Below, piece after piece: positions 41,793 through 56,178 of a DNA stretch of 64,000 nucleotides (its first letter is position 1; each line of letters starts with the position of its first letter). The stretch spans positions 20,150,001 through 20,214,000 of the forward strand of contig CP075492.1 in assembly GCA_021613535.1 (NCBI GenBank). Direction: 5' to 3'. The stretch is from Adineta vaga (Eukaryota > Animalia > Rotifera). The notes under the pieces are model-generated. The model saw nothing but the letters and a program-made list of their open reading frames with translations, was not told where the DNA came from and did no database searches. The translations under genes were made by a program, and so were the position numbers.

Positions 41793-42816
41793 CCTGTCAC
41801 TTTTACTTACGAGAGATTCTTCTTCTCGTTCTTTTTTTTCGTCTTTTCTTTCTTTCATTGATAACATAAGATAAACTAAGGGATAAATCCTAACACTGTT
41901 GATCTATGGAAAAGAGTTTAAGAACGAATACAGGAATATATTTGCTTATAACGAGCATTAAATTCTCGCGGAGGTATAAGCGAGAAAAAGATTTATCAGA
42001 GCATACACCACATTCATACGCTGATTTAAGCGTCATGAGCCTCTTTTGAGGATATTTCATCCTCTGTTTAGTTTTTTTCATCGTAGAAAAAATCTTACTG
42101 GTCACAACAAAGACCATGAACAAAGGTTGATGCGCTTTGCTTATTTTTAGCCGAAAAATGCATCAATCTTGACATTAGCTTTGAGAACAATAATGGCATG
42201 TTGATGAGAAAATGATGTTTGTCTCTTATGAATGATAAAAGCCAAAACGCAGACAGTCGAAAGAAACATTTCGCTTAGCTTTTGCGCATTAAATCATGCA
42301 AATGATTCTGCTTAGTCTATTCGATTCTCCATAACCTTTCTACTTTTCGAACTTATGATGCTCAAAGTAAAATGACTTCTTTGACTGGAATGTTCCCTCT
42401 AGACTATTCTTACCTGAATTGATAGAAACCACCGGTCGTTTTCTCTTTAAATATTCGTAAGCTGCGCTAAAACTCCATCGATTTTTTCTAATTAAAAACA
42501 TCATGACAATCGTTGGACTTCGACTGATGCCAGCACGACAGTGGACGAATATTTTTGGCTTGGAATACTGACTCATTGCATTGGTAAGGAAATCATAGCA
42601 TATTCCAAACTGTGACATCAGATCTTCTTCAGGGTGATCTTCGGCTTCGATGAATAAATGCTCTTGTACAATACGATCGTTTGGCAAACTCGATTTGTCA
42701 CTAAGGACACTGATAACATGAGTGAAGGATCTGGGCAGGTGAACCAGTGCGTCGAGATTGCCCAGATAGATTATCTCATCGATTTTGTCCATATTACGGT
42801 GGGATCCCGGTGACAT
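40648..42816 (-). CDS. Dual-specificity phosphatase, copy 2; exons 42414-42816 and 40648-40910
   Basis: Mirror of 12936-15107 with two amino-acid differences in exon 2 (K/E, S/A). Confidence 0.93.
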
Positions 42817-43058
42817 TTTTAGATGAAACGATGAAGATCTGAAATGTGAATAATGCAGCTAAGTAGCGGTGGCGCCAATGGGAGAGGGGAGGGGGGGCGA
42901 AGAGGGGCTGAGCCCCCTTTCTCCGGAATTTTTTTAGCTCTTTTAAACTCTTGTAAAGAGTTTTGAAGCAATCGTTGATTCTTATACGGAAGAACTGTGT
43001 CGAGTAAGGGCAGTTTCAACTAAAACAGTTTTATTAGGTTTTTTTGTTGGCTGCTTAA

Positions 43059-45117
43059 CCCTTTGAGTCCCAGTGGGACATATATGTCCCACCTAAAAAA
43101 ATCTAAGGATTTTCAAAAAATTTCGAATATTTTTCAGGTTTTTGAGGCCTGAAAGTAATATTTATCGTTAACTACGCTAATATTCAGATTAATGGACCAT
43201 ATTAAAAGGTATACTCTGCGTATGCTCATCGGATTTTAGGCGTTTTTCTCAAAAGTTCAAATTTCGAAAGTTTTGTGTTTTTGACTGATTAAGTTATAGT
43301 AAAAATTAATGCCGTATAGTATGATGGATTCGGATTCCGATGAAACTCGATCTGATAAAAGTGAAAGTTCGACTACTTCTGATGAACCAGATGCTAGTGA
43401 TTCAGAAGATAATGATTCATTTACCGAAGAACTCGACCAAATTTCGTTAGATGAATGGGAATGGGATGTCGACAACTCCAATTTTTCAAGTACCTTCGAT
43501 TATTTTGATGGACGTGCATTGGGCGATAATGTTGTTCGACCAATTGATGCATTTAGTAAATATATATCGCAAGATATTATTGAATTAATTGTTGATCAAA
43601 ACGAATATCTATGGGAAAAATCGTTATGTTCAAAAAGGTAAAAAGTCAACAGATTGGAAAGAAATTGATACAGCTCAAATGCACGCTTTTCTTGGAATAT
43701 TATTGATCATGGGATTTCACAAATTACCACGAATTCGTGATTATTGGAGCACGGACAGAAATTTATTTACACCAGCTGTCGCCAATGTAATGACAAGAAA
43801 TGAATTTCAACGAATCTTCTCAAACATTCATCTTGTTGATAATACGAAAATGCCATCGAAAAACATTTCTAAGCGTGATAAACTGTATAAAGTTCATGAT
43901 TTTCTTGTAATGTTGAAAAGAAATTTTCAGAAAAACTATTCTCTTGGGTCATGCGTATCCATAGATGAGGCTATGATTAAGTTCAAGGGAAGATCTTCTC
44001 TGAAACAGTTTCAACCGTTGAAACCAACTAAGAGAGGATATAAAGTGTGGGTTCTTGCCGAGTCAACCACTGGCTATGTATATAATTTCGAAATATATAC
44101 TGGAAAGAGCACAGAACGATCTGGACCACTTGGTGAACATGTGATTATGTCATTGATAAGTGGAATAAATCTGAAAAATCGTCAGTTATTTTTTGATAGT
44201 TTTTTCTCTTCAATTACTCTACTTTACAATCTTAGAAGAAAACGAATTGGTGCTACATGTACCATTCGTTCCGATCGAAAAAACTTTCCAATTGAGTTGA
44301 AGAAAGACGAACACTTGAATAGAGGTGATTATCAGTATCTAGCATCTAATGGAATTTCTATAGTAAAATGGATGGATAAGAAGGAAGTGTTCGTTGCATC
44401 AAACTATTTTGATCCAGAAGAATCAGAGGAAGTTACTAGAGGAAATAAGGATGGCACGAAGAGTCGAATTATTTGTCCGTTGCCAATAGTTCAGTACAAC
44501 AAATATATGGGAGGAGTTGATTTATCCGACCAGAAGACAAAATATTATACAATTGATAGAAAATCGAAAAGAAACTGGATAAGAATTTTTTTCCGTTTTC
44601 TCGGTATAGCATTGATAAATTCATTGATATACTATAAGAATCTTTCTCCTGACAATATTAATACAGTTGAATACATATCATCTATTAGTACTACACTGAC
44701 AGGCGATTATTTTGGTCGGAAAAGGGCAGGAAGACCTTTAGCTTTGAGTAATCAAAAGAAAATACGTGTTGAAAAGAACATTAGTGAGACCAGAAACTAT
44801 GAAACGCCAGAACTACTAGCTCACATGCCAGAAGTTATTTCTACTCGTCGTAGATGCGTCTATTGTAGTACAAAAGAAAAAGAGAAAAGAACGGATGTGA
44901 TGTGTACTTTTTGTGGTGTTTGTTTATGTGTGAAAAATTGTTTTTTGTTATATCATCAGAACTACGTGTGTCGACAGTGAGTTAAATAAACATATCAGCC
45001 TGAAATCAGATACTTTTATGTTGTAACTTGGGTAAACATCTCGTAATATCATCTGAATGCTTAATATGATGTTTCTCTACACTTAAATTCGATAAAAAAA
45101 ATTCGGGACTCAAAGGG
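43059..45117 (+). mobile_element. Young piggyBac element, transposase 43309-44980 with a single frameshift
   Basis: TTAA at 43055-58 and 45118-21. Perfect TIR CCCTTTGAGTCCC. SIDEAM, FFDSFF and GGVDLSDQ motifs, Cys tail. Empty TTAA at 12693-12696 in the other arm. Confidence 0.96.
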
Positions 45118-46125
45118 TTAAACAGTCTACTACAATTGAAGTTACTATGTTTGCCTTTTTCTTGATGAAAAACTAGCTTGAAATTGAAAGACAAATTCCG
45201 AGAAACGTCACATTATTGAGTGTTATTTCGTCTCTTCTCATAAAAAACCGCGCATTGATGAACAACAAATGGGTCCAAATGTGGTCATCGCCTTTTCACT
45301 ACTGATGATACCCGAATCTCTGCATCCTACCATCGCCACTACTGCTTCATGTTCTGAGGATCAAACAATATTCTATTCTATTTCTTATACATCGTCTTTA
45401 TCTCGCCAATTCCGTTGATTTCAACGAGAATTTCGAAGCTACATCTATTCCAAATGACATTGATACATCGGGCACTACAGAAGTTTTCTCGCTCGCCACA
45501 ACGAAACTAGTAAATTCTCTCGTATAAGTCTTATTTTGACTGAAGAGTGTCGCAAGATGCTCTTTGAGTTCTTTGTTAATCGAACTATCGAAATATCCTC
45601 AGTCTTATTATAATTCTTTCAGAAAAGGGTCAGCGAATCTAAAGGATGACCGCTAGTTGTTTTTACAACCTTACCTTATCCACACTAGATTACAGTAATA
45701 CCAAATAATAACAATACGCTGTTTGTCAGTATATATATATATATATATATATATGAAAGACATGTCGAAACGAAAGGGAAAGAACCACAGTAAATAGTCC
45801 TAGTCTCTCTCTCTTTGAGTTAATCACCTGATGGCCTTGCTCATGACTAATGTTATGTTAACGAATGGGAAGAATCTATCTCCAAAAAGGAAATTACCTA
45901 TTGTGATTCGAACAAGGCCAATATCACCACTGTCTTTTTCCAGATAACTTATTGTTATAGCGTAACTCACTTATGTTGGTTATTTCTTTCCTTTATTCTA
46001 CTAGCGAATAAAAGAAGCGTATGGCGTGTTTGGAAAATAAACCATTCAACCCGTCATGATATATGGTTCTTTCCATTCTCTCCATGGTCACATATACATA
46101 TATGTCATAGGCAAAATTAAACTTA

Positions 46126-48633
46126 CGAGGGAGGTACCGCGAAGTGTTTAATCGCTTTAGAGTCTATACTTTGGGCATATCGAGGTGACGTATAGATAAC
46201 AACAACCCTAAAAGGATTTGGGCCCATGTCTCTTTTAGCCTGAGATATTCAAGTTTCAAGTTTCATACGATAAAAGGAATTTTAATCCTATACTATGTAT
46301 ATTGTAAAACAAAAATAAGCTGTAAGTAGGAAATTCTATGATGAACTGGTTGCATCGCTAGAAATTAACTATAAAATTCAGAGTTTTTTTTTCATTTCTG
46401 TTAATCAGAATTATTTTCTTGGAAGCCTCGTAGTCGATGAACCGTCTATTTTAATAAAAGTCATTTCTAAGAAATCTGTGGTATCACACTAGAAAAGGCC
46501 GATATCTATTTATGATAGTGGTAAGCTTCAAAGAAATGTTCGAAGCAGAGTAGTTTTTGACAATGGCTGCATTGAATAAAGCATAACGAGTGACAGCTCG
46601 AATGTTGACAAACATCAGCAGCAATGTTGAAGCAAACTTCATTGACAGACTTAAAACTTCCTGGATCCTGATCAGCATACCATGATGCAAACCATGCATA
46701 CTTGATCATAGGTACAAATTGAGACGACGACACCTGATTATGAATAACAGAATTCAATTGTACTATATTGTTTCGTTCAGACAAGTTGATGGCGATGTCA
46801 TCAAGTTGAACGTGATCGAATATACGTCGAGTGAATACCTTCCATTGTCTGTTAAAATAGACATCAAGTGGTTGAATGCCTGACGTAGTATGAGCTGGTA
46901 TCTCTAATCTCTTACATCCTTGAACAGCGGAGTATATCTTTGAGTCTCATTGACCCGGCCAGTAGTCCGAGATTAGAAGAGAATTTGATGAAGCAAATGG
47001 GCGAAGAACGTGATCTCGCCAATATTCTATCAAAGAGCCAGTGAGTTTTCCTGAAGAACTACACGTTACAACCACGTTTGGGGCATCAAATAGTTTCTTT
47101 TTGATATCTAGTAAAAACAACGTTCGCATATTATAGAAGAAAAGATTAAAGTTAACTCACTATCGCTCACCTTTGCCTTTGGTTCCCTTAAGCAAATAAA
47201 GACAGGACCGAGAAGTTGACCGGCAAGAGTTATTATTGGTTGAATGGTGTAAGAATGTGTTGTCGCATTCTTTGATTTTACGCGTGCTATAGTAACATCT
47301 TCACCTTTATGCGACAGAGTTCTTGTCGAGTGTATCTCTAGCTCGATGCCAGCCTGATCAGTATTAAGAATTTCTTCAGGTGTGTAATGACTCATTTCTT
47401 GTTTCACTTTTGCTACAAAGGAATCGGCAGACGCGTCTATAGTATCAGAATCAGTTATTTGATGACGGGTCATTATTTTCGTAGATTTTCTCGAACAAAT
47501 ATTATGACGATGTTTAAAAGACTCTAGCCAGTGTTTCGATGCTTTAAAATCTAGAACCGAATCTTTAGCAGCTTTTTGAAGGGCTCACCGTTTCAAATCG
47601 TGGTCGTGAACAGAGAAAACATTTTCGCGATCTTCTTCGAATTTGTCGTATACAAAATTATCTATAGTTTGTATTTTCTCTCGTCTTGTACCATGTTGTT
47701 CAATGTAATGACGAAAACGAGAAATACACTGCTGGCAAGAACAGCCTTAAATTGATGCTTTGCTGATTTCCATGTATGTTTCTTTCTTCCATTTGAGTCG
47801 CAAGCATTATAGTAATCAATGACCTTTTTCATATATTCCAAGGTAAAGTTCATTTGGTTGGGCGAACTCTCAGTATTTTCAGTTTCATCGAAATCTCGGT
47901 CCATATTTTCATCTTCGGAATCACTAAATGCGTCGTCGTCATCGAAATCGAGTGTTGTTTCTGATTCAACTTCAAACGATATGCATCGTTAACGCTGTCA
48001 ATTATTTCTAATAGGGAACGCACGATTTTCTCTTCGAATGGATTTGCTCGTAAGCTTCGACGATCCGGTTCTTCACGCTCAGTAATTCGGTTCATCAAGA
48101 GTTTCGCTATTTTCTAGCATCACTCATAGTTTTAGTTATGTAAAAATGCAACGAACGAACAGTTTGATAAAAATACTTCTTTCGATTAACAAATATCACA
48201 CGGTAGCACATGTTCTTTATATCGAACTTTTGATTATTATCATTTTCAAGACAACGTGAAAGAATGCGTATGATATGCATCTGCTGTATATCCTTTATGA
48301 GTTATCGTGTTCGTAATAGTGAGTAATACGATACAAAAGCTTCTCTGATCAACAGAAATGAAAAAAAAAACTCTGAATTTTATAGTTAATTTCTAGCGAT
48401 GCAACCAGTTCATCATAGAATTTCCTACTTACAGCTTATTTTTGTTTTACAATATACATAGTATAGGATTAAATTCCTTTTATCGTATGAAACTTGAAAC
48501 TTGAAACTTGAATATCTCAGGCTAAAAGAGACATGGGCCCAAATCCTTTTAGGGTTGTTGTTATCTATACGTCACCTCGATATGCCCAAAGTATAGACTC
48601 TAAAGCGATTAAACACTTCGGGTACCTCCCTCG
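46126..48633 (-). mobile_element. Tc4/Tc5-like transposon, copy 3
   Basis: Reverse complement of 9181-11695 with the same stops and the same flanks. Confidence 0.85.
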
Positions 48634-48775
48634 TCAGTCGTGTTTCTCTTTATCCATTGTAAGATGATATCATTAGATATCATCTCGTCTACCGCTTTGT
48701 CTTTCTCTCTGTATATAAACATGTGTGAATTTCCATCTTGTGGTCGGTCTCTTCCTTTCGTCTTCTCTCTTTTCT

Positions 48776-48806
<31 letters not shown>

Positions 48807-49137
48807 GATGTAACTTGTGTTTGATTTACGAATAAAGAACCGCATCGAACATTATTTCTTTTTCTTTCCCTTCTCTCACGTTCAGGGATAAATCCCTAAC
48901 CATGAGTAATACGCTGGTTTTTACAAAGTATACAACTACATTAGGTGAAGAATATATAAATACTACGACTTTCTATTTATTTAAATTCATACTAACTAAA
49001 GTGTTTTAGACATCGACAAGCTAACCATCAGAAAAGGTAATATATTTACAAAACTTTTTATGTGGAAAAAAGGAGACATTGAAGTGAAGATGAGGATGAG
49101 AAGAATATTGATTTATTATTTTATTTAGATACTGAAA

Positions 49138-49329
49138 ATGAACTTCGTTCTTCGAAATATCATACTAATTCTATTAATTGGATCTATAGCAGTTGCAAAT
49201 GCCGGTCCAGCAGCATATTCATCATGTATGGCAGCATGCACGGCAGGTGCCTCGTTTTGGGGAGTGACACTAGGCACTGCAGGCTGTTCGAGAATATGTG
49301 CACCGCTTTTATCAGCTCCAACACCATGA
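49138..49329 (+). CDS. Secreted cysteine peptide P1, copy 3
   Basis: Identical translation to 1624-1815. Confidence 0.88.
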   Translation: MNFVLRNIILILLIGSIAVANAGPAAYSSCMAACTAGASFWGVTLGTAGCSRICAPLLSAPTP

Positions 49330-51344
49330 TGACTTTTTTGGTAACTCAGACAATACTTTCAATATATCTTTTATATAAAAGATTAATCGAGAAGAAGAAC
49401 ACATGTTGTTTTAAGATTTTTATTTATTTGTTTAATAAATCACGAAATGTATATTGGAATTTACTGGTATTTTAAAAATGAATATGCAAAATCACAACAG
49501 TAAAGACAGGAGGATAGATGAAAATATGAAAATATCAGACGAAACTTAAAGAAAAACATAGTCAATTCATCTTCTGATGCTGTGAGAAGAAAGTAACAAA
49601 GTTTTACAGAGATAATAGTGTGAGACAATGAAACAACGCAAAACTAAATAAAAGAAGTACAACGTGGGGTGAACGTCAATGAAATATAGAGAAAAGACAC
49701 ATACCCACAGCTTCCTCCCTCTCCTCACACCTACACTCACACTCTCAAGTTGAGAGTGTGAGCAGTGTTGCCACCTCTTCTACTTTTCGGATTTTTTTTA
49801 TCTTTTATGTTTTCAATGAAAACTCTCAATATTTTAACCGATCTTTTTGTCAAAATAATCATTTAATACAAAGTCAGATTGTAAGATCTGATCAACTCTG
49901 GATGTTATTACTTTCTCTTACTCTATCACCAAATTTTAAAAACTCTTATGTTTTTTATTTTCATTACGTTGCGGTAATACTTATGTTGAATCTGTATTTT
50001 CACAAATGCAATATTTAGTAAATGACAAGCGGAACTGTATAACAAAAGAATTAGTGTCAGCTGAATTAAAAATATGTTTGAATGCTACTTGAAAATGTAC
50101 TAATATGTACAAGTATATATTATCGAACCAGGATATATTGAAAGCTATTAAGGTCAGATAAAAAATATATGTTTAAGAAAAATGTTTAATAAATGCATTT
50201 ATCTGTTTAATGTCGTTTTTTTGATTTTGTGCACTAGAATATAAAATATAATGCTAAACTTTCTTATATTTTATTATAGCTGAGCTTAAACCATAGTTTG
50301 ACATTAAAAAACACTTTCTCTTTTCTTCTGCTCTTTAACAATTGAAACTCTGTCATTTTCTGCTTTTTACAGATCATTTTTGCTTTTCGAGGGCAAAAGG
50401 TGGCAACACTGTATTCAACATTGAATTGATACTTTATATATTCAGTATAATAATGATGGTATTAATACTAACGAACTTCTCGATGGATTATTTTATGTTA
50501 TTTTTTCTAAAAATATTAAATCAAAAAGAAAATGAACAATCATTATCGTATGTGTTAGGATGTATGTTATGTTCTTCATGTCCTTCGATCATATGGACAT
50601 TTCCATGTGTTTTCTTTTCTTTTCCTTTCTTTCTTTCCCTTCTTTCTGTATGTTAACATATGTGTAGTTGGATTGTTCCTATCGTTCATGGGTTCTTTCC
50701 GCTTTTGATTTAAATATATATACGCTCGCTTCTCAGGAGAGGTGGATGGCGAATTAGCGAACTTTCTAATTTATGTGAACTGACATTTCGTCTCAGTTTT
50801 TATTATCTTTTATAGTTACTTTTCATCTATGTAATCAAATTTATCACTTTATTATATATATATATATCAAGTCTTATTTAGATGTTTTAATATTCGATAT
50901 TTTTCCTCTTCTATATTTTCTTTTCCACACAGTTTTTTTTCTACACTTATTCTTTCGGCACTTTTTCTTTTAGTCTTTTTTCATCCAGTCGAAAAAAAGA
51001 GGGTCGTTTGGATGACTGCGTTACTGGCATGTATTTTTCTTATGAAACATAAACTATTAAGTCAAATTGAGATGAAACTGTTACGCATTAATGAGCTTAA
51101 AAAGATACATCTATGCACACAATATTGCGACTCTATGTTCAGTTGTTTTGCAAAAATTCGAATATAAAGTTGTCGGAACGTGAGTGTGTTACTAGCGGAC
51201 AACCCGTGGCTTTTTGCAATTGCTTTTTATTTTAAACAAAAACCAAGAATTAAAAATCAGGATTAAAATGATTGTTAATAGAATATTTTAAAGAGAAAGC
51301 AAGCATAATAAATAAGGAATAGAATAGTTGTTATTTAAATTCAG

Positions 51345-51548
51345 TTATAGTACTGGAACAGCCAATAATGGTGAACACGCTGATGTGCATGCTGCAAGAC
51401 ATGCTGGGCTACCATAAAATAGCGTTGTTGATGAGCATGTGGCAGAACAGCTAATAAGACACGCCATGTAGGCTGCAGGCCCAGCATCTGAGACTAACGA
51501 AATCGATAATAGGAAAAAGATTATTATTGCAAACTTTTGTGTGAACAT
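51345..51548 (-). CDS. Secreted cysteine peptide P2, copy 3
   Basis: Identical translation to 3829-4032. Confidence 0.88.
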   Translation of the reverse strand: MFTQKFAIIIFFLLSISLVSDAGPAAYMACLISCSATCSSTTLFYGSPACLAACTSACSPLLAVPVL

Positions 51549-52968
51549 TGTTTCTAGAATTAAAATATTATTATAGAATTAAGAAAGTCAATGAATTCTA
51601 TTTATCTACTTACATTGCCTTGCTGTTTCGTGTGTACGAGGCAGAAGAATGCTTCGAATGAGTGTTCGGAAGCAAAATCAACGTATTTTATACCATCATT
51701 GTTTTGTAATTTCACTACCGTTTCGACAGAGAAAAAGGTAAAAAGGGACAAATACTTTGGTAAATTCCAGACAACAAAATCATTGTGACGACTATTAGAG
51801 TGGTCATGGGAGAGCGGAACGAGAGAGACGTGATGTTGTGAGAGAACGAGCGAGGCCCGACCGATACCTTTATTTAAAAGAAAAGAGAGGACAGATCGAA
51901 CCGAACCTGAGTGGAAAACACACATGTTTATATACTCGACGGAGAGAAAGAGGGATGATATCATCCGAGATGATATCACCTTGAACAAAGACAACGAGGG
52001 AAAGATATCACCGAGAACAAGAGAGAGAGAACACGACAAGAGAGAGAGAACACGAGAGAGAGAGAGAGAGAGAGAGAGTGTGTGTGTATTGGCTGTGGCT
52101 GTAACAACGACAAATCAAGTTTCGTTGGAAAGAGAGAAAAAGGTAAAAAGAGACAAATATTCTGGTAACTTCCAGTCAACACAATAATCGTGTGAGGATG
52201 AGTCAAGTTTCGTTGTAAGGAAGGAAAAAGGTAGAAAGAAAGAAATATTTAGGTAAACTCCAGCCGACACAATAATGAGCCATGTTTACCAATCGCTTAT
52301 AAGCCATCCGACAGCAAAACTGTGCCTTGAGAGAGAGAATATACTACTATATGCGGCTTATCTCTCTTCATCTTTTTCTTCGACTGTAGAGAAAGAAGAT
52401 GCTCATGGTTACCAAATAATAACGTCATTCTCTTTTTATCTTCTATTATCTTTGATCTATTCTCTTCCTTCCGAATCAATGAACATAGACAAACTTGTTG
52501 CAGAAAATAGGAAAATGATGATTTTTATTTTTTCAATCATATAAAAAGTAAATAGATGAATAGTTTCTTTACTCAAGATGATCACGATTCATAGCTAGTT
52601 TTTTACTGTATATGATGTTTATTTCTTAGAGGAGTTTTTGAGCTATGTTTGAAATAAATAAGAATGTGATTGTCGTTCTAGTATGTTTGAATTTGTTAAT
52701 ATTGATAAATCTACTTCCAGCCGTAGTTGACTCGAGACTTTTCTCACAAGAACAACTGCAACTTATCAGTAAGAATGATATGATAAATCGTGATTATTTC
52801 CTATTTTCTGCAACAAGTTTGTCTATGTTCATTGATTCGGAAGGAAGAGAATAGATCAAAGATAATAGAAGATAAAAAGAGAATGACGTTATTATTTGGT
52901 AACCATGAGCATCTTCTTTCTCTACAGTCGAAGAAAAAGATGAAGAGAGATAAGCCGCATATAGTAGT

Positions 52969-53007
<39 letters not shown>

Positions 53008-53770
53008 GCACAGTTTTGCTGTCGGATGGCTTATAAGCGATTGGTAAACATGGCTCATTATTGTGTCGGCTGGAGTTTACCTAAATATTTCTTTCTTTCT
53101 ACCTTTTTCCTTCCTTACAACGAAACTTGACTCATCCTCACACGATTATTGTGTTGACTGGAAGTTACCAGAATATTTGTCTCTTTTTACCTTTTTCTCT
53201 CTTTCCAACGAAACTTGATTTGTCGTTGTTACAGCCACAGCCAATACACACACACTCTCTCTCTCTCTCTCTCTCTCTCTTGTCGTGTTCTCTCTCTCTT
53301 GTTCTCGGTGATATCTTTCCCTCGTTGTCTTTGTTCAAGGTGATATCATCTCGGATGATATCATCCCTCTTTCTCTCCGTCGAGTATATAAACATGTGTG
53401 TTTTCCACTCAGGTTCGGTTCGATCTGTCCTCTCTTTTCTTTTAAATAAAGGTATCGGTCGGGCCTCGCTCGTTCTCTCACAACATCACGTCTCTCTCGT
53501 TCCGCTCTCCCATGACCACTCTAATAGTCGTCACAATGATTTTGTTGTCTGGAATTTACCAAAGTATTTGTCCCTTTTTACCTTTTTCTCTGTCGAAACG
53601 GTAGTGAAATTACAAAACAATGATGGTATAAAATACGTTGATTTTGCTTCCGAACACTCATTCGAAGCATTCTTCTGCCTCGTACACACGAAACAGCAAG
53701 GCAATGTAAGTAGATAAATAGAATTCATTGACTTTCTTAATTCTATAATAATATTTTAATTCTAGAAACA

Positions 53771-53974
53771 ATGTTCACACAAAAGTTTGCAATAATAATC
53801 TTTTTCCTATTATCGATTTCGTTAGTCTCAGATGCTGGGCCTGCAGCCTACATGGCGTGTCTTATTAGCTGTTCTGCCACATGCTCATCAACAACGCTAT
53901 TTTATGGTAGCCCAGCATGTCTTGCAGCATGCACATCAGCGTGTTCACCATTATTGGCTGTTCCAGTACTATAA
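53771..53974 (+). CDS. Secreted cysteine peptide P2, copy 4
   Basis: Identical translation to 3829-4032. Confidence 0.88.
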   Translation: MFTQKFAIIIFFLLSISLVSDAGPAAYMACLISCSATCSSTTLFYGSPACLAACTSACSPLLAVPVL

Positions 53975-55986
53975 CTGAATTTAAATAACAACTATTCTAT
54001 TCCTTATTTATTATGCTTGCTTTCTCTTTAAAATATTCTATTAACAATCATTTTAATCCTGATTTTTAATTCTTGGTTTTTGTTTAAAATAAAAAGCAAT
54101 TGCAAAAAGCCACGGGTTGTCCGCTAGTAACACACTCACGTTCCGACAACTTTATATTCGAATTTTTGCAAAACAACTGAACATAGAGTCGCAATATTGT
54201 GTGCATAGATGTATCTTTTTAAGCTCATTAATGCGTAACAGTTTCATCTCAATTTGACTTAATAGTTTATGTTTCATAAGAAAAATACATGCCAGTAAAC
54301 AGTCATCCAAACGACCCTCTTTTTTTCGACTGGATGAAAAAAGACTAAAAGAAAAAGTGCCGAAAGAATAAGTGTAGAAAAAAAACTGTGTGGAAAAGAA
54401 AATATAGAAGAGGAAAAATATCGAATATTAAAACATCTAAATAAGACTTGATATATATATATATATATAAAGTGATAAATTTGATTACATAGATGAAAAG
54501 TAACTATAAAAGATAATAAAAACTGAGACGAAATGTCAGTTCACATAAATTAGAAAGTTCGCTAATTCGCCATCCACCTCTCCTGAGAAGCGAGCGTATA
54601 TATATTTAAATCAAAAGCGGAAAGAACCCATGAACGATAGGAACAATCCAACTACACATATGTTAACATACAGAAAGAAGGGAAAGAAAGAAAGGAAAAG
54701 AAAAGAAAACACATGGAAATGTCCATATGATCGAAGGACATGAAGAACATAACATACATCCTAACACATACGATAATGATTGTTCATTTTCTTTTTGATT
54801 TAATATTTTTAGAAAAAATAACATAAAATAATCCATCGAGAAGTTCGTTAGTATTAATACCATCATTATTATACTGAATATATAAAGTATCAATTCAATG
54901 TTGAATACAGTGTTGCCACCTTTTGCCCTCGAAAAGCAAAAATGATCTGTAAAAAGCAGAAAATGACAGAGTTTCAATTGTTAAAGAGCAGAAGAAAAGA
55001 GAAAGTGTTTTTTAATGTCAAACTATGGTTTAAGCTCAGCTATAATAAAATAATAAGAAAGTTTAGCATTATATTTTATATTCTAGTGCACAAAATCAAA
55101 AAAACGACATTAAACAGATAAATGCATTTATTAAACATTTTTCTTAAACATATATTTTTTATCTGACCTTAATAGCTTTCAATATATCCTGGTTCGATAA
55201 TATATACTTGTACATATTAGTACATTTTCAAGTAGCATTCAAACATATTTTTAATTCAGCTGACACTAATTCTTTTGTTATACAGTTCCGCTTGTCATTT
55301 ACTAAATATTGCATTTGTGAAAATACAGATTCAACATAAGTATTACCGCAACGTAATGAAAATAAAAAACATAAGAGTTTTTAAAATTTGGTGATAGAGT
55401 AAGAGAAAGTAATAACATCCAGAGTTGATCAGATCTTACAATCTGACTTTGTATTAAATGATTATTTTGACAAAAAGATCGGTTAAAATATTGAGAGTTT
55501 TCATTGAAAACATAAAAGATAAAAAAATCCGAAAAGTAGAAGAGGTGGCAACACTGCTCACACTCTCAACTTGAGAGTGTGAGTGTAGGTGTGAGGAGAG
55601 GGAGGAAGCTGTGGGTATGTGTCTTTTCTCTATATTTCATTGACGTTCACCCCACGTTGTACTTCTTTTATTTAGTTTTGCGTTGTTTCATTGTCTCACA
55701 CTATTATCTCTGTAAAACTTTGTTACTTTCTTCTCACAGCATCAGAAGATGAATTGACTATGTTTTTCTTTAAGTTTCGTCTGATATTTTCATATTTTCA
55801 TCTATCCTCCTGTCTTTACTGTTGTGATTTTGCATATTCATTTTTAAATACCAGTAAATTCCAATATACATTTCGTGATTTATTAAACAAATAAATAAAA
55901 ATCTTAAAACAACATGTGTTCTTCTTCTCGATTAATCTTTTATATAAAGATATATTGAAAGTATTGTCTGAGTTACCAAAAAGTCA

Positions 55987-56178
55987 TCATGGTGTTGGAG
56001 CTGATAAAAGCGGTGCACATATTCTCGAACAGCCTGCAGTGCCTAGTGTCACTCCCCAAAACGAGGCACCTGCCGTGCATGCTGCCATACATGATGAATA
56101 TGCTGCTGGACCGGCATTTGCAACTGCTATAGATCCAATTAATAGAATTAGTATGATATTTCGAAGAACGAAGTTCAT
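55987..56178 (-). CDS. Secreted cysteine peptide P1, copy 4
   Basis: Identical translation to 1624-1815. Confidence 0.88.
   Translation of the reverse strand: MNFVLRNIILILLIGSIAVANAGPAAYSSCMAACTAGASFWGVTLGTAGCSRICAPLLSAPTP

Noticed and set aside
52515-52796. Opposite spacer orientation as an invertible phase-variation switch
   Set aside because: Fully explained by the outer inversion. No recombinase is present, and identical arms make a flip locally neutral.
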